A stretch of 64,000 bases of DNA from a virus (taxonomy: Duplodnaviria > Caudoviricetes), in the IMG/VR virus record IMGVR_UViG_3300009604_004140, positions 1,158-65,157 of that record; one strand, written 5' to 3'. Of this stretch, positions 9,470-19,399 are shown piece after piece (the stretch's first letter is position 1; every line of letters begins with the position of its first letter). The notes below the pieces were generated by a model. It was not told where the DNA came from and did no database searches. It saw only the letters and a program-made list of their open reading frames with translations. A program made the position numbers and the translations under genes.

Positions 9470-10275
9470 ATCTCTTCTATGTTCTTAAAATATTGTTCTG
9501 CCCCCGGCTCAAATTCTTTTAGCTTATCTTCTATATGGATACCAAAACAATTTCCAGCATGCTTTTTATGAAACATGGAATTGACCAACAATCCATTACC
9601 ATCTTTGCGGGGATAGGCAAATATGGCATGTTTCATTTCGTCAACGAAATAGCTTTGCACTTCGTCGCTAAATACAGATGGCACCCGCAACGGAGACTCA
9701 AATACAATATAAAACATTGGGTAGGCGATATACTTAGAAGAATCAATGACAATATCAATCGCTCCCCTGTCCGTTAAGTCATTATCAAAAAAGGTCTGAA
9801 GCCTCCAAAGAGATTTCGGGTCTGGCTCACCTTCAATTTCTTTTATAAGTTCTGTGGGGACAAGTTTGGATCGATTTATTATCGTCAAAAGACATGGTGG
9901 TGTTCTTTGACTATTTAGACTTCCTATTGTCCCTAAAAGGCCTTCGATGGTATCGTTTTCTCTGAACATGACCATGGCATGATACTTTATCTTTAGTTGT
10001 TCTTCAACCATAGGTTTCCATTGATTTTTTGTATAGTCCTTGGCCCACTCTTTAGTCCTTTTATGCAAACAGACATGGTTGTTGATAACGAAAAATTCAT
10101 TACCGAATTTATCATATGCCTCAATTACGTCACTGTCACCTTTGCTTTTATAAGATTCAATTTTATTGAAACTGCATCCGATTTGGGTTTGCGTTCTCTT
10201 GTCTTTTTCGGAAAAAATGCAATCTCCACAGGATGTGTGAAGAGGATGTATCGTTCGAGTCTCTTTATCTTTCAT
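9448..10275 (-). CDS. Hypothetical protein with N-terminal Cys motif, possible GT-A-like C-terminus
   Basis: HTSCGDCIFS...GC; TIGSLNSQRTPP resembles the start of GT2 domains. Confidence 0.5.
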   Translation of the reverse strand: MKDKETRTIHPLHTSCGDCIFSEKDKRTQTQIGCSFNKIESYKSKGDSDVIEAYDKFGNEFFVINNHVCLHKRTKEWAKDYTKNQWKPMVEEQLKIKYHAMVMFRENDTIEGLLGTIGSLNSQRTPPCLLTIINRSKLVPTELIKEIEGEPDPKSLWRLQTFFDNDLTDRGAIDIVIDSSKYIAYPMFYIVFESPLRVPSVFSDEVQSYFVDEMKHAIFAYPRKDGNGLLVNSMFHKKHAGNCFGIHIEDKLKEFEPGAEQYFKNIEEICPSLKM

Positions 10276-10688
10276 TGTCTTCGGGCCTCCACCAAATACC
10301 TAAAGCCTCCAATAGCAATCGTAGTTACACTCATCTCCATAGAAGCTAATTTATGTTTTAAATCATGGGCCGACGTAAGCCTCAGTCTGCCCCCCAATAA
10401 GTGCTCAGAAGCCCCAGAGAGATCCACCCTTCCTCCATCTGTCTCCCTTATGACTTGTATGGCGTCCGTTCCTGCTATTCTAATAAGGCCTCCGTGCCTA
10501 AGTTTTTGTAGAGCAACCGAGAGAATGTTGGGGTTCTCGTCAAACTCTAAAACGTCTACAAGTTCTATTTCTTCATAAACAGCAGACGCTAACGATTCTA
10601 GGTCACTGCTTTTTATACATTCTATACCATGCGCTCCGTCTGAAAACGGAGAAGAAGATTTGCCTTCAACGTAGATAAGTGCTCGCAT
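10272..10688 (-). CDS. Hypothetical protein, possible methyltransferase-fold remnant
   Basis: EIELVDVLEF...QKLRHGGLIRI. Confidence 0.45.
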   Translation of the reverse strand: MRALIYVEGKSSSPFSDGAHGIECIKSSDLESLASAVYEEIELVDVLEFDENPNILSVALQKLRHGGLIRIAGTDAIQVIRETDGGRVDLSGASEHLLGGRLRLTSAHDLKHKLASMEMSVTTIAIGGFRYLVEARRQ

Positions 10689-10689
10689 T

Positions 10690-11655
10690 TTAATTCCTTA
10701 AGAAAAATGTTTCTGATATGTATCCTAAAATTTGATTCCACCTTTTGACAAAAGACTTTTCATCGATGGAATTTTCTTTTAGCGTCTCACTTGCTTCGTC
10801 CAGTATCTTATCGTAAACTCCTGCCTCGCACTTACTTAATATTTCAGGTAGCTCGCTAACGTCTGAAAATAAAAGTCCGTTCTTCTTGTCTTCTATAATT
10901 GTCTCGACTTCGGGGGTACGTGGAGAAACCGTAATGCATCCTAGGGCCATTGCTTCTAGCGTTTTAATATCTATGTTATTCCATGTGTTGACATATACTT
11001 TAGCCTTCTTTGTATTCTCGAAGGACGCTTCTGGGAAACGTGGGGTGAAATTAAATTCAGATAAATGTGCCGCTATGATATTCATTATCTCTGAGGGAAT
11101 GTTGTTATCAATTACAATGCCCTCTTTGGGCTGTTTTTTGTCAAAGCTTGGAGTATCAAGGCAAGGAGGTATTACAATTGAAATGCCTTGCGAGTTTGTG
11201 TTCCACGATTTTTTTATGCTTTCACTTAAGCACACGTTGATATTACCAACTCTTTGTTCGAGCGGTTCACTTACGGTAATCTTGGAAGCTGCCGGAAGCT
11301 TTTGTATGGCTGCGCTGCCAACGTGATCAACCGTTATGATGGGAATATGGAGGGACTGCGATAGAGAAAACGACATATCGAACTCTTGTACCCGGTCATT
11401 GACAATAATACAATCAAAGAACGGTCGGGCAGTGAAGAGGGAATTTTCGTCCTTGAAAATAAAAATATCTTCTGGAACTTCTGCCACTCTAGGCTTCCAG
11501 TCCGAGTGACCGGGCTTGGGGATTACATAAAGCTCACAATTGCACCTCGATAGCAGTCTCAAATATCTCTCGTTTTCTCGACAAAAGGTCAGACATCTTA
11601 GCGTGTCTCCCTTTTTCCTAGTAGCAGATCGTATAACATTATTTATTAGAGACAT
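10690..11655 (-). CDS. GT4-like glycosyltransferase
   Basis: KTLEAMALGCITVS...IIEDKKNGLLF. Confidence 0.7.
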   Translation of the reverse strand: MSLINNVIRSATRKKGDTLRCLTFCRENERYLRLLSRCNCELYVIPKPGHSDWKPRVAEVPEDIFIFKDENSLFTARPFFDCIIVNDRVQEFDMSFSLSQSLHIPIITVDHVGSAAIQKLPAASKITVSEPLEQRVGNINVCLSESIKKSWNTNSQGISIVIPPCLDTPSFDKKQPKEGIVIDNNIPSEIMNIIAAHLSEFNFTPRFPEASFENTKKAKVYVNTWNNIDIKTLEAMALGCITVSPRTPEVETIIEDKKNGLLFSDVSELPEILSKCEAGVYDKILDEASETLKENSIDEKSFVKRWNQILGYISETFFLRN

Positions 11656-12749
11656 AATATCTCCTTAATCACGCCAGACTGCCTTTCTATAGAAAGCGAC
11701 GCAGAAGATGTTTTCCCGCTGGCTGATTTTTTTGTGTATAATGAATGGTTGTCAAAGGCGATTCTCATACATTCTCTTAAAGAAAGTTTGTCTGGGACTA
11801 AGCACGATTCTCTAGCTGTAAAAGCGTTAGGGAGAGGTCTATCGGGGCAAACCAAAAGACTTTCGCTAGACTTGACAATCCAGCCGTTCGAATCGTCTAT
11901 GTATTCATCCATTCCGGAGTTCTCTAGTATGATTGGAGTTTTTCCATACAGCAAACCTTTTGCTATTTCTTCCTTGAATCCTCTCGTGACCCCCATGTCC
12001 ACTAGGCACTGACAGCCCCTATGGAGGGAATCGTCTGGGTTTTCTGCCACAATGTGTATGTGTGGATAATATTGTTTGCTATAGATTCCCAAGCTTTCTA
12101 CCGTTGCGCTAATTAATTCTTGGGCTGCCTGTACGTTGGCTGTATGGATAATCAGGGACACATTTTCATTTATGTGAAATTCTGATAAATAGGATTGCAA
12201 AAGGGACAATATGCCCGATTTAGTTTCTATGTGGCCCCCAAATACATAAAAAGAAAACCTGTCGGGCAATTCTTGCGTGGGAAGGGTGTCATTTGCAACC
12301 ACCCCTCCTATGGTACGAATTCTACTTTGTAAGCTCAGAGATGCGCATTTTTTTTCTGCCTCTGTTGGAACTAATATTTTATCAAGTAAGCGTAAGTGGT
12401 TATCCCACTGCACATTCCCTTTGGTCTCAAAGCTTGTGACCCCAATGTTTAAACTAAAATTTTCGCTTCCTACCATAAAATTTGGGAGAGAATGCTGAAT
12501 TAGAACATCGTAATTGTCTTGTTTGTTAGATTCGCATTTAAAGATGCTTGGGTCGACTCGCAGCTCTACCTCCGGAGACCTTGCCAGAAAGATTGGTCGT
12601 GCCGTGAGGCTTATTTCTTCTATTGATAGCAATGAAGACATTATAGACCTACTAAAAGACCCCCATCCATCTGGTTGTCTATAGGGCCCTATAAATAATA
12701 CCCTGAGCTTCTTCTTATCTCCCAAGGAGACTTTATCTTCTATGTTCAT
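11646..12749 (-). CDS. GT4-like glycosyltransferase (divergent)
   Basis: VLFIGP..DGWG N-terminus; GKTPII..SGMDEYIDDSNGWIV. Confidence 0.65.
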   Translation of the reverse strand: MNIEDKVSLGDKKKLRVLFIGPYRQPDGWGSFSRSIMSSLLSIEEISLTARPIFLARSPEVELRVDPSIFKCESNKQDNYDVLIQHSLPNFMVGSENFSLNIGVTSFETKGNVQWDNHLRLLDKILVPTEAEKKCASLSLQSRIRTIGGVVANDTLPTQELPDRFSFYVFGGHIETKSGILSLLQSYLSEFHINENVSLIIHTANVQAAQELISATVESLGIYSKQYYPHIHIVAENPDDSLHRGCQCLVDMGVTRGFKEEIAKGLLYGKTPIILENSGMDEYIDDSNGWIVKSSESLLVCPDRPLPNAFTARESCLVPDKLSLRECMRIAFDNHSLYTKKSASGKTSSASLSIERQSGVIKEILCL

Positions 12750-14383
12750 TACTTAAGCCTCCCATAAGCGTCTTCTATAAACTTCTCAGGGGGCAATTGT
12801 TGCTGTCCGCACCTTATCGCCTCCACTGTGGCCTTGTGCTTAAATTTTGACACCATAATTTCCCAGAACATTTCTGGAGAAAAGTTTCCGTTTCCATTGA
12901 CATTAGCCCCAAAATTAAGAGATTGTATAAATTCATTAGCCTCATATGAGTATGCCCTCTCGGGCTCTTGAAGCATTTCTGCATATGACCACCTAACAAA
13001 ATCTTCATGATTGTCAAACTCTGGCCGCGCAGAAGGGAGGTTTAGTTGGGCAGGAGGAGAGTCCCACTTTCCTTGCAAATTAACTGGCTTGTGGGATTCT
13101 ATGCACCTATCCCAAACCTGTGCTGTTTGATCCCAGCCATATCTTGTCATAGCTCCCTTGCGAGACTCAAAGCATTTTCTATTCCTCTCTTTCTGGGGAA
13201 GGGAAAAGTGTTTTGAGATTATGCGTGCCAAGTGGTCATTGTCTGGATGGGCCCTGTCTGCTCCGGTTTCAAGCTCCCGGTAAAAACACTTGACTTCAAT
13301 GGGATATCCTTTTGTAAATTTAATTACATCTGACATAGCACTATAATCAACGGCTGCGACAGGAACCCCGCAACTTGCAGCTTCAACTTGGGGCATTCCA
13401 AAGCCTTCGCAGATAGCATACTGAACATATAGGTCAAAGAGATTGTATACCTGTATAAGATCTGGAATAGATAGTCCGCTGCCTACGCTTGGCATAACGG
13501 CACTTCTATTTTTACAATATTTACATGCCGTTATTGCGTCTTGGAAAATTGAAACAAAAAATTTATTGCAATGGCGACAAATATAAGTAGTAAGCACTTT
13601 TGAAGTAAGGCCATGTTCCAAAATGCCTTCTGCAATGTTCCATCCCTGTGGTTCCGGGTAGCTTGTATGCAAATAAAGGAATGTTTTTTTTGCAATAGCA
13701 GGTGGTGATTCGTCTAGGAAGATCCTAAAGGACTTCATGAGTTCTATAAATAGCTTACGCTTTTGGTTTCGCATCACGGTTCCAACTATATTTATATCTG
13801 GGTCCAGACCAAAAGACGATTTATGCTGTGCTTTGCTGGCAACAGGCTTGTATACATTAGGGTCTATGGCGGGAGACGCACAACCCAGAATATTTAAGGT
13901 GTCATTTGATTGTTCTCGAAGAGTTTCCTCTCCAAATTCTGAGTATGCCAAAAGAGCATCGCACTCAGAAAATGTTTGAAGCCATTTTCTTTGTTGCGGA
14001 GCAGAATCTACTGTTGGCATCCATATCCAATGAAAATAAGGCCTTAAGGGGGAGTTGGAAATCCAATCATCCATCCAAGGGTCTCGGTAGGTTAAAACAA
14101 CATCGGGCTTAAAGCTTAATACCACCTTATCAAATCTCCAGAACCCAAAATGGTTGGCTGGATTTTGAGAAAATTGCGCTTGCTCTTCTTCATTGGTAGG
14201 GGAATTAGAGAAATATAACCAGCTTACGTCATCCAGTTTGTCTGGATTTCCATAGCTCGCAAACTCTGCCAACTCATATTTGTTGGTTTTTGCTAGTCGC
14301 GGTAGTACCTGTTTGGCGTATGTTCCGAAGCCCGAAGCGAGGTTGTGGCATTCTGTTACGAACAGAACTCTTTTCTTAGGCAT
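12749..14383 (-). CDS. GT4 glycosyltransferase with CxxC...CxxC insert
   Basis: SGFGTY, VMRNQKRK, EGFGMPQVEAASCGVPV; CRHC...CKYC insert. Confidence 0.85.
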   Translation of the reverse strand: MPKKRVLFVTECHNLASGFGTYAKQVLPRLAKTNKYELAEFASYGNPDKLDDVSWLYFSNSPTNEEEQAQFSQNPANHFGFWRFDKVVLSFKPDVVLTYRDPWMDDWISNSPLRPYFHWIWMPTVDSAPQQRKWLQTFSECDALLAYSEFGEETLREQSNDTLNILGCASPAIDPNVYKPVASKAQHKSSFGLDPDINIVGTVMRNQKRKLFIELMKSFRIFLDESPPAIAKKTFLYLHTSYPEPQGWNIAEGILEHGLTSKVLTTYICRHCNKFFVSIFQDAITACKYCKNRSAVMPSVGSGLSIPDLIQVYNLFDLYVQYAICEGFGMPQVEAASCGVPVAAVDYSAMSDVIKFTKGYPIEVKCFYRELETGADRAHPDNDHLARIISKHFSLPQKERNRKCFESRKGAMTRYGWDQTAQVWDRCIESHKPVNLQGKWDSPPAQLNLPSARPEFDNHEDFVRWSYAEMLQEPERAYSYEANEFIQSLNFGANVNGNGNFSPEMFWEIMVSKFKHKATVEAIRCGQQQLPPEKFIEDAYGRLK

Positions 14384-14831
14384 AATATTCCTTTAGTTTT
14401 TTAATGGCTTTATAAAATACGCGCTTAACATAAGAGCTTTTTCTTCCAGATATTTCCGCCATTTCCGCAAGCTTATAACCCATCCGACGAAGGTCTAGGA
14501 GAAGCACCTCTTCTTCTGAAAAAGAGGGGGGTATTATTTCCCAGAACTCCTCTGAGTTAAGATAAGAGGGCACTTGTGCGTGAGGGAGAGGCTTATACCG
14601 ATTCTTTTTTAGGGACTTGATTTCTTTTATAATTTCCCACCGTATTGGATTCCATGCGTATGTTGACAATACAGCTCCCTTTGTGCTGTCGTATTTTTTA
14701 AGGGCTTTCCATAGACCTATGCGTCCTGCCTGAACGTAGTCTTCTCTTTCTGTTGGATTCTGTGGCTTAAAGGAGTTGACTACAGCAACCACAAGGCCCA
14801 TGTTTTCCTCTATTAATTCATTCATTCTCAC
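14376..14831 (-). CDS. Phage-encoded sigma-70-family RNA polymerase sigma factor (regions 2+4)
   Basis: LIEENMGLV...EDYVQAGRIGLWKALKKYD...STYAW..IR; C-terminal HTH. Confidence 0.85.
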   Translation of the reverse strand: MRMNELIEENMGLVVAVVNSFKPQNPTEREDYVQAGRIGLWKALKKYDSTKGAVLSTYAWNPIRWEIIKEIKSLKKNRYKPLPHAQVPSYLNSEEFWEIIPPSFSEEEVLLLDLRRMGYKLAEMAEISGRKSSYVKRVFYKAIKKLKEYYA

Positions 14832-14855
14832 CTTTATTATAGCGTCCTTTCCAAG

Positions 14856-16496
14856 CTAACTTGTTAGCTGTTCAACTTTTTTTATCAAAAAACTTCCTCG
14901 TTTTTTATCTCTGATGCCCCTAAGAAGCACAGTGTTTCCTTCGTAAAGCATTTTTTTAAATTTATCCCACTCTTCCGAGAACGCAGTTACATTGTCCAAA
15001 GAGCAGGAGATGTCACTTACAGTAATAAATCCCATTTGCATTCCCGCAGACCTACCCTTTTTTATAGTCCACTCTCGAACAGAGTCTATCTGGACTCCCA
15101 TAGCAATGCCATTCTGAGAATTAAAGCCATCTATAAATTCCTTACAGGTGCAGGTTGCTTTGCTGGTATCGTATTCGTCCACCTTGTTGCATGTAAGCGA
15201 AATGCCGAGAAGCTCCTCTTCCTTTTTTGCAACCCATGAGGGGGAATCGTACAGTTCGTATCCCGGATTATTATAGGCTGCCAAAAGGCCCTCCACGTTT
15301 GGTATACGGGATTGCCTGAATATGGGGCGATCTCTAGAAGTAGCTTTTGATGCCTCGACCATCTGCTTAATGGCATCCTTGACACTCACTGCTGGATGGG
15401 CTACCTTGTAATCTCTCAGCCATTCTGTCTCTCTTTTGGTAAACTCTTTAATAGTGCTAAAATGGTGTTGCATCCTAGATCGTGAAATTTTAAAGCAATC
15501 AAAAGAACCGGATAATATTAGTGACTCAAAGGCTTTTTTGTTAACGAAAGGAGACACCCTCAACAGAAAGCAGTCCCAATCGCACTTATGTAAATCAATA
15601 TTGTTTTCATTTATGTCCCTTAACATTTTTTTAAAAACAGAAGAGCCGACATGTTTAATGTTAGTAATCCCATAGGTTGGGTGCTTCCCTATTAGCTGGA
15701 ACTCTTCATTCATATGTAATATGTTGGGCGGCATAATTTCTATTCCCATAATCTTTGCGTTATTAACAAGCTCATGAACTTCCCAATATGTGTCGGGCTT
15801 TCCGATGGCATGCTTAAGGTACGAAGTGAAAAATTCGTGAGGGAAGTGTGCTTTCGTGTAGGCGGTTAGATATGCGTTGTAGGCATAGCTAATAGCATGC
15901 GACTTGTTGAAGGAATATCTTTGAGATTTTTCGATCCAACTAAATATCTCTTCGGCTTGCTCTCTAGTAACGATTCCTTTACTAGCTGATTTCTCTAGGA
16001 AAGATTTTTTTACTTGGGCCATTACCCCGGCCTTCTTCTTTCCAATAGCCTTGCGTAGAATGTCAGCTTCCTGTAGATCAAATCCCGCTATTTCTGTGGC
16101 AATCAAAATGGCCTGTTCTTGATAAACCAAGATCCCGTAGGTGCTTTTGAGAATGGGTTCTAGTGAATCGTGAAAATATTCAACATTCTCCTCCCCTGAT
16201 TTCCTGTCAATATAATGCTGCGTAAGACTTTTCCCTCTTACCATTGCTTCAAGGCAGCCGGGCCTCATGATTGCGACAAGATCAGAAAGTTCTTCAATAT
16301 TTTTAGGTTTCGCTTGGCTAGCTAAAGATCGTCCGAGCTGTGATTCTAGTTGAAAGACCCCCTTGGTATTTCCTTCACATATAAGATCCCATGTTGCGTA
16401 ACAATCAAGGGGAAGTTTAGTAATGTCTGGATTATATATGGTGTGCCCATCAGGAGACATATCAAATGAGCATCCGCACTTAAAATCTCTGGTCAT
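14856..16496 (-). CDS. dnaE: DNA polymerase III alpha, C-terminal part (fingers, HhH, OB)
   Basis: GVFQLES, MRPG, TYGILVYQEQ, ADILRKAIGKKK, FNKSHA, EEELLGISL, C-terminal OB fold. Confidence 0.9.
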   Translation of the reverse strand: MTRDFKCGCSFDMSPDGHTIYNPDITKLPLDCYATWDLICEGNTKGVFQLESQLGRSLASQAKPKNIEELSDLVAIMRPGCLEAMVRGKSLTQHYIDRKSGEENVEYFHDSLEPILKSTYGILVYQEQAILIATEIAGFDLQEADILRKAIGKKKAGVMAQVKKSFLEKSASKGIVTREQAEEIFSWIEKSQRYSFNKSHAISYAYNAYLTAYTKAHFPHEFFTSYLKHAIGKPDTYWEVHELVNNAKIMGIEIMPPNILHMNEEFQLIGKHPTYGITNIKHVGSSVFKKMLRDINENNIDLHKCDWDCFLLRVSPFVNKKAFESLILSGSFDCFKISRSRMQHHFSTIKEFTKRETEWLRDYKVAHPAVSVKDAIKQMVEASKATSRDRPIFRQSRIPNVEGLLAAYNNPGYELYDSPSWVAKKEEELLGISLTCNKVDEYDTSKATCTCKEFIDGFNSQNGIAMGVQIDSVREWTIKKGRSAGMQMGFITVSDISCSLDNVTAFSEEWDKFKKMLYEGNTVLLRGIRDKKRGSFLIKKVEQLTS

Positions 16497-17164
16497 TTAG
16501 AGAATGCCCCTTTGAACTTATCCACGCTAGACTGACGACGATGGAATTTCATAAATTTTACCATAAGCTCTGCTTCGTCGATTGTATCAGAAAGGGCTTC
16601 ATGGGCTTGTGCTGATCGCATTCCAAAAAACTTTCTGAAAGCATCAAGCTTCATGCTGCTTGGCTCCGATAAATTTTCAAACCACATAAAAAGAATATCC
16701 ATCATGTCAATTTTACTTACTTCAGAGAAAGGAAGTTTTGTGTCATACTTTTTTGCAAGCCTCCTTGCAATCGGTAAGTCAAAATTAACGATATTGTAGC
16801 CAGACGGTATTGGTTCAACAAACCACTGTCCGGCTTTCTTGTCAACTTCATATTTAGAACAATAGCTACAAAAGTTCTTCCAAACAATCTTTTCGCTTTG
16901 GCCTTCTTTCCATGCTGCCACTATTTCTTTTGTATCAACCCCACGCTGCTTGGCGTGCCATGCTATTGTATCTTGTCGTTCCTTTGTAAAATATTCTTCA
17001 TCATCTATGCCGTCAGGCTTAATGGTTGCCTGAAACGCCTGCTCTGTTTTGATTTCAAGAGTGCGAGGGTCTACAGGAACAGCCGCGAGTTCAACGGGAT
17101 TACATTCGTTTGGATTGGGACTATCTGTTTCCCAGTCAAATACCATTATCCATCTGTTATTCAT
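16493..17164 (-). CDS. DEDDh 3'-5' exonuclease (DnaQ/epsilon-like)
   Basis: FDWET (ExoI), YNIVNFD (ExoII), HEALSD (ExoIII). Confidence 0.8.
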   Translation of the reverse strand: MNNRWIMVFDWETDSPNPNECNPVELAAVPVDPRTLEIKTEQAFQATIKPDGIDDEEYFTKERQDTIAWHAKQRGVDTKEIVAAWKEGQSEKIVWKNFCSYCSKYEVDKKAGQWFVEPIPSGYNIVNFDLPIARRLAKKYDTKLPFSEVSKIDMMDILFMWFENLSEPSSMKLDAFRKFFGMRSAQAHEALSDTIDEAELMVKFMKFHRRQSSVDKFKGAFSK

Positions 17165-17535
17165 AACGATTCCCTTGTCTGTCTGTGTAGCGAACTAACC
17201 CTAAGTCTAGAAGAGATGCCTCCGCGAGGTCTAAATTCTACTTCTATGGAAAGCTCTAATGGTTTATAAATTTCCATAACATGGTCGTATATTATATTTA
17301 TGAATCTTTCATACGATAAAAAGGAGTTTCGAAAGCTGTAAACATATTTCTTAAACGACTTGAGTTCAATTACCGTATCAGAAGGAACCATAAATAGATC
17401 TACACACCCGAAGTCAGGTTGCTCTTCTTCTCCCAGAAAGGTAAGCTCTGGACAGGTAATGCTAATTTCATATCTTTTATCTGACGGATTTCTAATAGAC
17501 TTTAGCGTTTGCTTATCGCCCCACTTCTTATTCAT
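17161..17535 (-). CDS. queF: QueF-like T-fold protein lacking the canonical catalytic Cys
   Basis: PELTFLGEEEQPDFG, ELKSFKKY (QueF motif), PRGGI. Confidence 0.75.
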   Translation of the reverse strand: MNKKWGDKQTLKSIRNPSDKRYEISITCPELTFLGEEEQPDFGCVDLFMVPSDTVIELKSFKKYVYSFRNSFLSYERFINIIYDHVMEIYKPLELSIEVEFRPRGGISSRLRVSSLHRQTRESL

Positions 17536-17539
17536 GGTA

Positions 17540-19399
17540 TTATACCCCCGCTAGTATAGAAGGGACTTCCATAATCTTGTCAAGCATTTTAATACCAAGC
17601 ACATCGAGCTTTAAAAGCCCTACGTCCTCACAGCTTGGGCCTTCAAAGCCAGCTAAAAGATCCTTTTCTTCTCGGTCAAGCACCATTGGGCAAACGTTGC
17701 GAATGGGCTGCGGTGAGATAACTATGCCAGCGGCATGCTTAGACTGAATTATTTTTGTGCCCTCTAGTCTCATTGCTTGCTCAAACACACGAGCAAAGGG
17801 CCCCTCCAGCTTTCCGTCAGTTCCTATTTCACACCATTCCTTTAGCTTGTCGGCCTTGTTTTCCAACGCCCACCATACAATAGAAGAAGTCCCAAGCTCG
17901 TCTTTCATGTCCTGTAGTTCGTCAGTAATTTTTGATTCATCTAAAATGTGAGATGTGATGGCATTTTGTTCATCGAAACCGATATTGCCTCTGGCTGACA
18001 TCACTCTTTTGAGAGAGGCCCTGCCTTTTAGCGTCTGGAAAGTGACAATCTGGGCAACGTTATCGTTCCCGTAGCGATCCCTGATGTATTCCATAATGTT
18101 CGCCCGAGCGTGCTTTGGGACATCAATGTCTATATCAGGCATTGAAACGTGCCCTCCTGCATTACGACCCGCATTGTAAAACCTTTCAAAGATTAAACTG
18201 TGTGGAATAGGATCAATTTGCGTTATATCCATTAGATATGAAACCATACAGCCAGCGGCACTCCCACGCCCCGGACCAGTTAGATAGCCTGATTCTTTTG
18301 AATACCGCAAGATATCTTGTACGATAAGAAAGTAGCTAGAAAGTCCTGCTTCTGTAATGGTGGAAATTTCTTTATCGACCCTTTCCCCATATTCAGAAAA
18401 TCTCTCGTGCCCCTTTCCTATGTGGCCCATTTTGCGTGTCCAGCCTTCCCGACATATATGTCTCAGGTGGTCGTTGGGAGGGATGTCTTTTGGACAGCCA
18501 AAGACGGGGGGATTGGGAGGGCCCAGTATGTCATAAGAATTGCATGCTTCCGATATCAATACAGTATTGTGAAGCTCTTCTTCCGTATGAAACTCCTTCA
18601 TCTCTTCATAGGTTGGAATGTGATAATTGTTTGATTCGAAAAACGACTTTAGCGAAACACATTTTCCTTCTTTTATTTCTCCTTGAACCTGTGACACGCT
18701 TTTCCGAAGTGCTGTGCAAAGAAGCACCCTTTGATCGTGAGCATCTTCTTTCCTACAATAATGTGCGTCGGGGGTAGCAACACAGGGAATTCCTGTAATT
18801 TTAGAAATCTCTCGTAGTTTTTCTGCCACTTCTTTTGCCAATGTATTTTGCAGAGAATCAATTAACTGTATTTCAATAAAGAAATTTCCGTTGCCAAATA
18901 TTTCCTGCATGTATTCGGCCTCTTTGGTAGCGTCTTTTTGCCAGTCTGGATTATCCACAACCGCAGAGGCAAGGCGTGATCCCAAATGCCCACTAAAAGA
19001 TATAAGATCAGACGTTTCGTGAGACGAAATCTGCTCTACATCAAGCCGGGGCTTATGGTAAAAATTGTTTGGATGGTTGGCTTGAGAAACCAGAGATAGT
19101 AGATTCTTCCATCCCTTTAAATTTTTTGCTAAAACGACCTGATGCCTGAGCTTCCTATTTGAGGGGTCTTTGATAGAAGCAGAATCGTCGCACAGATAAA
19201 GCTCGCACCCTATTATAGACTTAAAGGAAGCGCCAACCGTTTTTTGAAAATCAACAGCCCCAGACACTGTTCCATGATCAGTTAATGCACAGGCAGGGCT
19301 TTCAATTTCTTCAAGACGACCCGCTATATGCTTTGTCTGAGAAAGGCCGTCTAATAAAGAGTATTCACTGTGTACGTGAAGAGGAACATAGAAGCCCAT
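17540..19399 (-). CDS. dnaE: DNA polymerase III alpha, N-terminal part (PHP + palm/thumb)
   Basis: HVHSEYSLLDG, LTDHG, GPGRGSAAG, FERF, MPDIDID, KHAAG, KLDVLG. Confidence 0.92.
   Translation of the reverse strand: MGFYVPLHVHSEYSLLDGLSQTKHIAGRLEEIESPACALTDHGTVSGAVDFQKTVGASFKSIIGCELYLCDDSASIKDPSNRKLRHQVVLAKNLKGWKNLLSLVSQANHPNNFYHKPRLDVEQISSHETSDLISFSGHLGSRLASAVVDNPDWQKDATKEAEYMQEIFGNGNFFIEIQLIDSLQNTLAKEVAEKLREISKITGIPCVATPDAHYCRKEDAHDQRVLLCTALRKSVSQVQGEIKEGKCVSLKSFFESNNYHIPTYEEMKEFHTEEELHNTVLISEACNSYDILGPPNPPVFGCPKDIPPNDHLRHICREGWTRKMGHIGKGHERFSEYGERVDKEISTITEAGLSSYFLIVQDILRYSKESGYLTGPGRGSAAGCMVSYLMDITQIDPIPHSLIFERFYNAGRNAGGHVSMPDIDIDVPKHARANIMEYIRDRYGNDNVAQIVTFQTLKGRASLKRVMSARGNIGFDEQNAITSHILDESKITDELQDMKDELGTSSIVWWALENKADKLKEWCEIGTDGKLEGPFARVFEQAMRLEGTKIIQSKHAAGIVISPQPIRNVCPMVLDREEKDLLAGFEGPSCEDVGLLKLDVLGIKMLDKIMEVPSILAGV

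Noticed and set aside
16400-17620. Split intein or intron joining the two dnaE parts
   Set aside because: No intein terminal motifs are visible, and the gap is fully occupied by two intact unrelated genes.
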